From Mesotaenium endlicherianum (Eukaryota): 60,495 nt of DNA. Shown here in pieces: positions 51,317 through 60,495 of this stretch. A model generated the notes under the pieces. The model had not been told where the DNA came from. It searched no databases and worked only from the letters and a program-made list of their open reading frames with translations. The stretch covers positions 24,867 to 85,361 of the forward strand of contig WELA01001563.1 in assembly GCA_009602735.1 (NCBI GenBank), read 5' to 3'. Both the position numbers and the translations under genes were made by a program. Numbering within the stretch: position 1 is the first letter of the stretch; each line of letters begins with the position of its first letter.

Positions 51317-52567
51317 CTTCTTGTGCTACCAAAGTGCCTAGCTCCGATACCGCTGTAGTGAAACAGATAGATGAAGTACTTAGTGAAATATAATACTTTA
51401 TCTATTCAAGACAAGGATCTTTGAACACAAGTGGTAGCTTCTTGAAAGAGAGATGGCTTCTTGAAAGTTAATATATTTCTGGAGTTTGGCAAGTACAAGA
51501 GTGATTCTNTTTCTGGAGTTTGGCAAGTACAAGAGTGATTCTGGAATGTCTTTCTATGTTCTAGCTCTTGTTTACATACTTGCTACATAAGTATTTTCTG
51601 GGAAGATGTATGTTGATGTGTTGGCACCCAACACATCCCAAAACTTGCCACCTCTTTCTAGAATAATGTACACATGTCCTTTTGACCTAAAAATGGCACA
51701 TTTGACTTTTGCCACGTGGAGTTCTTCTAGGTCTTTCCTCTCTCTTCAAAAATGCCTTAGAAGGTTCAAAGGACATGAACCAAGTCACTAGAGTACCTAT
51801 TCACACTTGAATCCACACAATACTACTCCAAATATATTTGAAAACATTAAAATGTATGCAAATTATTATATAATAACTCAAATCACTACACTATATAGGC
51901 GACAGCAGCTTATTTATCTTGCACCCCTCATGAAGATGAGATGCCAGCATAAGAAGATTCAGAAGGAGACAAGGCCAAGACTTCTCAGAAAAAAAGGTTG
52001 TGAACACTGAGGCTCACAACTTAAAGAGTACACTTGCACCGGTCAGGTACGTGCACATAACATGCGCAATCTATGAGATGCATGTTCACTGCATGATTGC
52101 CTTTCATATCATGCATGTTGGTCAAATTCATTGAATATATAACTTAAATTAGAAGAAACACTTTTTGCATGCACACATGCAGGCTTAAGCATAAAAATAG
52201 TAACTTATAATAAGTGGCAGTAGTCATGGCTATGGACACCAGCACTCGGACTAATGAAGACTTGTAAGTCCAAAAAAACCTTTTCCAAAAGAAAAGAAAA
52301 TCTACGAGCCTTTACTTTTCTAAACTTTTTGTAGATTAAAATGCACCTACTTAATAAGTAAACTAAAAGCATCGCACAAAAGCTAGGGAGAAAGTGCCCC
52401 GTTCCAAGTGATGTTTTTGCAACTATATTATCTTGCTGACATACAACCTTCCCTAAAAGCTAAATACAACAATATACAACACTAAGTGTCGTCTCTCCAT
52501 GCGTGCAGGTCAAAACAGGTCAACGCTAGCTGGTCAACAACAAGCTTAAGCACACGGCCCTACCACC

Positions 52568-55500
52568 ATGACGACGGCCACGTTTGGCACATTTAGCACA
52601 TTCGGCACGTCCCCCGTACAGCTCCTGTCCTGCCGTTCCCGTGCCCCACAGCACTCCGCAGGAGGCGCTCTCCAGAGAGTGGCCCACAGGCGCATGATCC
52701 TTCACACTCAAAATGTGCGACTTCAGTCCCAAGCCTTGTCCCTCCGTAAAATACGCCAGAAAGGCTTGTCTGCTGACGCACAAACCTCTAGGGGCAAGGA
52801 GCTGGATATTCTGCGCTGGCCTAGGGAAGCGAGAGACAGCTTGCACCAATCGAGCCCCACAGGAGGCTTGCAAGGGAGAGCCGTCGTTGCACAAACCTGG
52901 GGCTGGAGGAGGGGCGGAAGAGGAGGGGAGGGCAAGGCTCGCGGGGGGCCCAAAGCCGGGGGCGAAGAAGAGGAGGATGCTCTCAGGGAGGGGGGCAAGA
53001 AGGAAGGCCAGGGGGAGGGACAGGGGCAGGGGCAGGAGGGCAGAGCGTCTCTAGAGGAGGAGGAGGTAGAGGAGAAGCGGAAGAGTGCTGCTGAGCTGGA
53101 CATGGTGCTGGAGGGCGTGGAGCGGCTGCAGAGGGTCGTGATGGGCGACATCTGGCGACTGCAGGCACAAGTGTCGGCCATGGAGAATGCGCTGCAGGTG
53201 CTGCCGGAGCTCGCCAGCTCGCAGCAGCAGCTGCTGGGCCTGCTGCTTGTGCTCGCTTCCTCCCCCAGCCATCCTCGTCCTTACTCCGATACAATTTCAC
53301 CTTCCTCCTCCTCTAGTTCCTCCTATTTTGTCTCGCCTCCTCCCGCTGCTTATTGTGCTCCTTCGTCTGTCAGCAGCCCCCTGACTCACCCCCCCGCCCT
53401 TTTCCCGTCCCCGGGACTCTACCCCTCTACGGGGGCCCGTTCAGTCTGCCGGTTTTGTGCCTACTGCTACAAGTACCGAAAGCAAACCGGCTGAGGACAG
53501 GTGACAACAGCAACGTCCCAGGAGGAATCAAAATCAATGGACGAGGTGAAGGTGAAGCCTGCAAAAAAAGACGAGGCAAAGCAGGAGACGAGGCAAAGCA
53601 GGCGGCGGTGGACCAGGTGAAACCAGCAGCTGCGGACCGAGTGCTGTCAACAGCAGCAAAGAAAGAGTTAGAGACGATCCTTCTTGAGTTTGAGGCGAAG
53701 CAGGAGTCAGAGGAACAAGTCTCAAAAGTGTGCTCTTTTGAGAAAGACTGGCAAGTGTCCTCTTCTGAGAAAGAAGATTGGGAAGGGACTTGCCCTGAAG
53801 AGAACTGGCGTCAAATGCAGGCAGATCCAAAAAGGCGTGCCATATTGGCCAAGAATTTGGAAATGCTGGCCAAGCTTCCAGGTTGGGAGGGAGTCAATTT
53901 AGATACTATCCGGCCAGCCGCTGCCACGATCTGTAAAAAATCCGGCACTTTTCTTTCGTGTGAACCCACTCTTCAACCTCCAGTAAGGCGTTCTTATGCC
54001 AAACCTTGCTATCCCAGACGAGCTGCAAAGACACAGACGAAGCCACAAGGGCATGGCCAGGGGCAGGGGCAGGGGCAGGGGCAGAGGCAAGGGCATGCAG
54101 CACACTCAGAGGGTCCTGAGCAGGGGCAGGGGCAAGGGCAGTCCAATTCTGCCACATCAGCACCGGCAGAGCCAGCAGCAGCACCAGCAGGTAGGCCAAC
54201 CTGCGCAACACCCGATTTGACTCTCGCCTCGGGATCTCTAGAATAAGACAACACCATCGCCGACAAGGTTTTGATCGCTCCACTAGCGGCAGGTTGGGGG
54301 GGGGAGTGCTCAGGGGGGCACCGAGAAGGAGGAAGAGAAGCACCCAGCTGCTCTTGAGAATGCGGGGGGAGTGAAGAGAAGGGGCAATTACATGAGGGAG
54401 AGGGAGGGGCAAGCGGCACAAGAGAGGGAGCTGGAGCTGTCGAGGCTGGCGGTCCAGCTGCGCATTCTGCTCGCAACACATGGGCCAATCAGGGCGGCCG
54501 CTCTACCGGACGCATACGCCGCCCTCTTCAGGCGGGCGCTCCAGCCAGCGGCATTTGGATTTGCTGACCTGGCAGAGCTCATAGGCAGGTTCCACGAGGT
54601 CATGGAGATGATGGTGGTGAAGTCAGCCTGGATAGGGGTGGGGACCACCGCTACGCAGACGCGGGAGCGGGAGCGGGACGAGAAGCTCGAGCTGGCGGTG
54701 GCGCTGATGGACAGCAAGCACAACTTGCAGCTGTTCAGGCACTTGCAGTCGGGCCTGCGTTTCGCTGTCTTCCGCGTTCTCCGCGACTTCTTTGCCCCCT
54801 CCCCTGCTGCTGACAATAACAACGCTGCAAAGGGCACAGCCCATACTGCCCAGGCCCAGGCGCCAGCCTCGCCAGCCTCCTCCTCCTCCAGTGGGAAGTC
54901 AAATGCAGCAGCAACATCCGGCTCACACAGCGACCTGACAAGCAAAAAAGGGAGGCCAGACAGCAGGGAGGAGGAGGACATGTCGGAGAACCAAGTCATT
55001 GCAGAGCTAGAGAAGATGGCAAACATGTCGACTTCCTCGGATTTTATGACTGCTGCTCGTCATTATCAATATTGTTTGATCAAAGAGCGGATCTCCAACC
55101 TGTTGAGAGACATCTCGTCGTCAGACTTGCCAGACATGCCGGATGTTGTGAGGATAAAAAGGCGGGGGAAGAGCCGTCAATACTGGCTGGCCCAAGGGGT
55201 TGAGGAGGACCTGTATATCAAGAATTGGAAAGCTTACACGATCCCATTTTGCTTGTACTTCAAGATTCTGCCATCTGCTGCAAATGCACAGCCTTTGACC
55301 TTGATGGTTGATGATGAAGAAAAGGGAGAGGAAAGTAAAACAGGCTCTGAGAAGAGAGAACTTGACAGTGAAGTTGACAGAAAAGTGGAAGTTGTCGTCA
55401 GAGAGGAGTGGGGGAGCACCTGGCTGGAAGAGTTTGCCCATTACAGCCTGCTGCCAAAATGTGAACGGGCCACGATAGAGAAGACGGTGCGCACAATCCT

Positions 55501-55750
55501 GTGGGAAAATTTTGACTGGGACACAGGGCTCCAGGTGGCAGCATTCTGTGAGAAATACGAAGAGTGGCAAGAGCAGCCCCTGTTGAACTCGATGGGCTTT
55601 TTCAACGCTCGAGGGACTAGTCGCCGCAATGCCTCGAGTGGCCTATATGTGGTCAAAGCCATGCTCGCGCACACCAAAGAAAGGGGCAGGAGGAAGGAAA
55701 GTGGAGGGGGAGGAAACAAGTACTCAAAGGCGTGTGTTCCTAGTGGATAG
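52568..55750 (+). CDS. Putative LOTUS/OST-HTH domain protein with transit-peptide-like N-terminus and coiled coil; exon structure only partly resolved
   Basis: Three long same-strand ORFs with coding-like composition. 54434-54617 reads LAVQLRILLATHGPIRAAALPDAYAALFRRALQPAAFGFADLAELIGRFHEVME, which fits the LOTUS pattern. A second candidate at 55470-55615 reads EKTVRTILWENF..GLQVAAFCEKYEEWQEQPLLNSMGF. Confidence 0.6.
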
Positions 55751-57518
55751 CAAGTACAACAGGCAAGAGGTGGCTTCTGTGTAGCGGGCGACCAATGAAC
55801 GAAATACTCGCAGACACCTCCAAGAAGGAGCCTGGGGCCCTGGAGAACCACTTTGGAGGTGTCTCTGTATTGGAATGAAGGAGCAGGCAATCTTTGAAGA
55901 GTGTGCTTATCCATTGAAGTTTGGAATGATCTTGGAGTAGAATTCAGCACAAAAAGAGGCGACCTATGCGGGCTTGGAAATGATCTTTGACTACTTCAAG
56001 TCGAACGAAAAAAACAGGCGGCCTATGAAGTGAGTTCGGTTAGAGTAGAAGAGCCTCGGATTGTGAATTGGACTGAAGAGTCGACGGCTTCATGTGGCAG
56101 GCTAGAAGTGGTGGGTAAAGGTAGTGTAATAGAAGAACATGGGCATAGGGGAAAAGAATGAGAGATCAAAGATTTGAAGAAGCAGCAGGAGCAGGAAAGC
56201 AAGATGAAGAAGCCGCAAGGAGGCAGAGGAAGGAGAAGACGCAGCAGCTAAAGAGGTTTTGGAGAATAGGTGACATGCATGGTGTGTCTGACTGCTTCAC
56301 TTTCTTTTGCCGCACCGCTATAGCAGCCAAATAAATAACTCGCATGGATGGTCATTGTACTCTCAGGTCCGTTAGGAACGCAATCATGTCTACTGTACAA
56401 CTGCAATGCAGCTAGCTATGTACCTACTAACGATTGCGAACAACTATCACCTCCCCAACCCTAGGCCGTGTCTTTGGAAATCTTACTGGGGCCAAGATAT
56501 AGTATACTTGGGCAACTAAGTAGGTAGCATACATTACAAGCGTAAATAACATGATACTTTGCCAATCCGAAGCTTGCTCCTGCTTCGCAAGCTATTGAAC
56601 CAACATGTACAAAAGAGACAAGAAGAGGCAAGGGACCCAAATTTTTCATTGCTTGTATTAACTTGCTGGCTCTTCCTTTGGTTCTTGCCTGCTTGTGTGC
56701 CTGGCAACTTCTGACACCCACTTTTGCAGCTCCTGAAGCTCATCCACGATGGTTCTGATAGATGTCTCACATTCATCGCGTAAGATCTTGACCTGTTACA
56801 TGGACACATCACCGCTTATGTGAATGATTACTGCCTCTGCTCGTTGAACCTCATCTGTAAGGGCCTAGTGGCCTCATATAACACAGGATCTAAACTCTTC
56901 CCACCAAAATAACCAAGTAAAAGATTGCCATCCCCCCCTCCTCCGCAGGGGCAGCAACCCGGCAGGTGAAACCATTTGCAACCCCGTAGCTCATCACAAT
57001 GTCGATAAGCCCGTGTGCACTTACCATGACTACTGGGAGTACATGATGCTTGCATATTCCTCTCGGAATCACTGACTCGCGCTCAGAGAAAATATATTAA
57101 GCTTTCAAGCCATACAATGTTAACCCTCCCGCGCAAGTCAAGTATCCTGCTGAGTCAGTCGTAAGCCTCCTGGTGTTCCTTGCAAAGGCCTTCACAAGGC
57201 ACACGGATGGCTCCCCCGTACAGCCGCAAGAAAGCCCCACCTCCGACAAAGTGAGGCAAACTCAAGGCCAAGCACCAGGAAGGATGCCGCCTGTTTGCAA
57301 ACAACAAATTCTTTTGGCATCACATGGTGGCCTTTCCAGCCAGCGGTGCAATTCAGCTCTGCTTCTGACGTCTGCCACCACTCGTCAAGTTTGCCACCTG
57401 TTCTAGAATCTAAATCTGTGCATCCTGTCAGGGTACTAAGCAAAGGCATGATGCCCCTGACATGTGCCACCTGTCACGATCTGTGTCACCTCCCAGGCTA
57501 TTAGGCGGGGGGGAGAGA

Positions 57519-57596
57519 CGTGCTGGCCTACTATTAAGAGGACCCGTGCTGGCCTACTATTAAGAGGACCCGTGCTGGCCTCCTATTAAGAGGACC
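57519..57596. repeat. 3 x 26-bp tandem repeat containing the FKGP stop codon
   Basis: cgtgctggcct(a/c)ctattaagaggacc x3. Confidence 0.95.
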
Positions 57597-59805
57597 CGTC
57601 GCAGAGGCGCCAGTTGTAGACTCTGACGGGGTCGCCCACGGCCGCGAGCTCGCGCCGAATCTCAACAGCTGTTGCCTTGCTGGTGGCGAGGATGATGGCG
57701 AAGCCCCCGCCGCCCGCGCCCACGAGCTTGGCCCCCGCACTGAGGTGGCGCACGCGGGCAAACAGCGCCTCGACAGCCGGACTGGTGCAGTGCGGGTCGA
57801 GCTCCTGGTGCAGGCGCCAGGTGTCGCTCATCACGCGGCCCAGCGCGTCCAGGGACCCGATGGCGAGCGCTTGCCGGCCCTCCCCCGCGAGCTTCGTGAG
57901 GCGGAGGACAGCGGCGATCGTGCGCGCGTCGCGCTGCAAGTAGCGGCCCACCACCTTGTGCAGCACGTTCCAAGCCAGGCGCACCTGCGGCAAACGCGGA
58001 GAGGAGGTGGGGATCAGGGGCTAGGTTTAGAATTAGGGCTAGGGTAAGGATAAAAAGTAGGGTTATATGATTCGCAGGGGCTCATACGATAAGGTGAAAG
58101 ACGATTCAAAGAAAGTTGGACCGCATTCTTGCTGCGTGGTGCATTACGCCAGGCGCACGTGCTTAAACGCATAGGAGAGTCAGAATTAGGGTTAGGACTT
58201 GGATCAGGGTTTGTGGGTCAGCTTGGAGCCCACCATCTTGTGGAGAACGTCCGGGCCGGGCGCACTTGCGTCGGATGCGCGTGAAAGTCAGCGTTAGGCT
58301 AGGCACACCCGCGTGACTGGCATGAAGATAATTTTCAATCAGAAATCTAAATGAAGTTAGGCTTTGTGATCGTTCAGGTTTAGGGTTTGGGTCCAAAATA
58401 TTGGGCTTCAGGCCTCTGCCTGGTGCAGATGCTCCAGGCCAGGCGCACCTGCCTGGGTGGTGGGAAGGGACGTTAACGTCGGGCTTAGCATGGGAGCTCT
58501 GTTTCGCAGGTCGTCTGTATCCTTCGTATAAGGTAGTGAAGTGAACATCCAGCCCCGAGGCCACGACCCTGTGCAGCAAGTTCCGGGGGAGGCGCACTGC
58601 ATGATTGCACACAAAGTCGAGGATTAAGGCTAGTGCTAGGGCCAGACGTGGGGCGCGCACGACGTGTTCAAGCTTGAGATTTTCTCATTTCAGGGTTTAA
58701 GACCCCCACCACCTTGGGCAGAGCGTTCGGGGCAAGGGGAACCTTGTCAGGATGCGTGAGATTGTCGAGTTTAGGGTCAAGTTATTTGTTAGGGTTTGCA
58801 GGTCACGCCCAAATAGAGAGCCAACCTGGCCGGTGAAGACGACCACGAGCCGTGCATGCAGCTGCCCGAGAAGGTCGGGCAGCAGCGGGACGCTGCTCAC
58901 GGTCAGATGGAGGGGCCGCGTGGGGACGCTGGTGGTGCACTTCACGCCCGGGTACAGACCCCCCACCTGGTCCTGCCAGCCGCCACCTGTCCCCATGCGC
59001 TGCTCCAGCAGCAGTACCAGCTGGCTCACCTCCTCGTTGCTCACGGGCACCCCGCTCGGGTCTGCCCCGGGCTGCCCGTGCTGCTCAGGCTGCCCGGAAG
59101 GTCCGGTCAATGTTCCGCCCGTACCCGTGTTTGTGTCTGCCCCTGAGTGTGCACCTGAGCGCAGGCTTGAGACAGAGGCAGAGGCAGGGTTTGGAGAGCC
59201 CGCGGCTGCCCCGGGCATCCTCTCAGAATTTTCCACCTGCCCAGGAGTCGAGGACGAAGATATTTCTTCCTGCCCGAGGCCCAAGAGGCTCCCTTTTCTG
59301 ACCTGGAGCAGCGCCTTCACCAGGGCGGCTGCCAGAATGCTGGAGGTTCCCAGCCCGCTCCCGCGGGGCACATCTGCCCACGTCTCTATCTCCAGCCCGC
59401 ACACACCGCCACCTGTCGCCTGCCCACTGCCCGCCGCTGCTTCTGCTGGGCCACCCCCCCCCCCTTCCCTTCCTCCCGCTTCTTCCCCTTGCCCTCCTCC
59501 CTCTTCCTCTCCGTCTCCATCTCCCTCTCCCTCTTCCCTGCTTGCTGATGTGGCGGCTCCCTCTGCGGAGCCCCGAAGGCGGGCGGCGTCGGCCCCTACT
59601 CCTCCCTCTCCGCCTCTTGCTGGGGCTGCTGACGTGGCGTCTCCCTCAGGGGAGCCCCAGAGGCGGGCGTCGCGGGCGAAGCCGGTGACCAGCAGGGCGG
59701 CCTTGGCCAGGCAGAAGGAGTCCTCCTGCGCCGATAGCTGTCCCAGCAGGGGCGCGGGGTTGCTGATGTGGCACACGCCCCCCGCGTCGTCCCGGATGGT
59801 GATGC
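57586..59805 (-). CDS. FKGP: Bifunctional L-fucokinase/GDP-fucose pyrophosphorylase, last two exons (59805-58826, 57984-57586); the rest is outside the window
   Basis: GITIRDDAG, LAKAALLVTG, TWADVPRGSGLGTSSILAAA (GHMP motif), LEQRMGTGGGWQDQVGGLYPG, VVFTGQ|VRLAWNVLHKVVGRYLQRD, WRLHQELDP, KLVGAGGGGF, VRVYNW follow the plant FKGP C-terminus. GT-AG intron 58825-57985. Confidence 0.93.
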
Positions 59806-59909
59806 CTGCTTGCGACCACAGGAAGGAGGAAGGGGAGGTAAGGTGAGAGTGGGAAGCACCAAAGAGGGGGGGGAGAGACGGGACGGAGATGAGAGCTACT
59901 TGAAGATAG

Positions 59910-60060
59910 GAGAGGAGGAGGAGGAGGAGGAGGGGGTGGGTGAAAATGAGCAGGAGCATGAAGAGGAGAAGGAGGAGGAGGAGGAGGAGGAGGAGGAGGC
60001 GGAGTTTGATGAGGAGGAGGATGATGAAGACTTTGTAGAGGAGGAGGAGGAGGAGGAGGA
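59910..60060. repeat. (GAG)n-rich microsatellite in an FKGP intron
   Basis: Directly visible GAG runs. Confidence 0.9.
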
Positions 60061-60495
60061 TGTAATGAATCAGTATATTAGTAGATATAATATTCATTTA
60101 AATATAATAGTTAATTTAGTTCAGCCTGCTGAACTTCAGTTAATAGTCAGTCTGCTGAACTTTAGTTAATAATCAGTCTGCTGGACTTTACATAATTATC
60201 AGTTTAATGACTCGGCCAAAAGCAGCAGGCTGAAGTCAATTTAAGTCAGCTTGCTGACACATTCTTTGACAGCCAGCTGACTTCCGTGCTCGGTAGCTGC
60301 GAACTGCCTTGATATGCATCTAAGTACCACCTGCTAGATGAATGGCCAGATGACATCCCCATGATGGATGGCTATTCGGGATGATGGGAGATGGCGGTGG
60401 ATTTGGTTAACCGAGGTCCTACCAACGTGGTTAACTCCCGGGTAGGCGGTGCCATCGCACTGACCGTTGAACAGTAAACTCATTCCATGTACATA
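60061..60495. mobile_element. LTR of the second family (truncated by the window end) inserted in an FKGP intron
   Basis: Starts TGTAATGAATCAGTATATT and is collinear with 46588 to about 46997, with one extra ~24-bp internal repeat unit. Confidence 0.9.

Larger units (their letters stand above)
37562..51890 (-). mobile_element. Tandem (LTR-int-LTR-int-LTR) Ty3/Gypsy chromovirus array, copies 2 and 3
   Basis: LTRs 37562-38064, 43739-44241, 51354-51890; single TSD CTATA (37557-37561, 51891-51895); the central LTR has a PBS on one side and a PPT on the other. Confidence 0.95.

Overview
Eukaryotic genomic DNA with GC-rich spliced exons, microsatellite-filled introns and N gaps. Plant-type FKGP and ADPRM genes and chromoviral LTR elements point to a green-lineage, probably streptophyte algal, genome (inference). 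Host genes: the last 4 exons of a two-component receiver domain gene (106-2420, +); a complete 9-exon Mn-dependent ADP-ribose/CDP-alcohol diphosphatase (5171-13562, +); a BTB/POZ gene or pseudogene (35980-36736, -); a putative multi-LOTUS/OST-HTH protein gene (52568-55750, +); and the last two exons of fucokinase/GDP-fucose pyrophosphorylase (57586-59805, -). The middle of the window is a transposon nest. It holds a Mutator-like MITE with a 9-bp TSD and a decayed piggyBac-like transposase split by a chromodomain Ty3/Gypsy element (TSD CTACC). It also holds a tandem three-LTR array of the same chromovirus under one TSD (CTATA), in which one unit has intact gag/pol and a canonical -1 frameshift signal. 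A second LTR family appears as a nested solo LTR and again in an FKGP intron. The least expected signal is that introns of the host genes carry decayed copies ('echoes') of their own neighbouring exon ends; the last FKGP intron has five, separated by telomere-like repeats.
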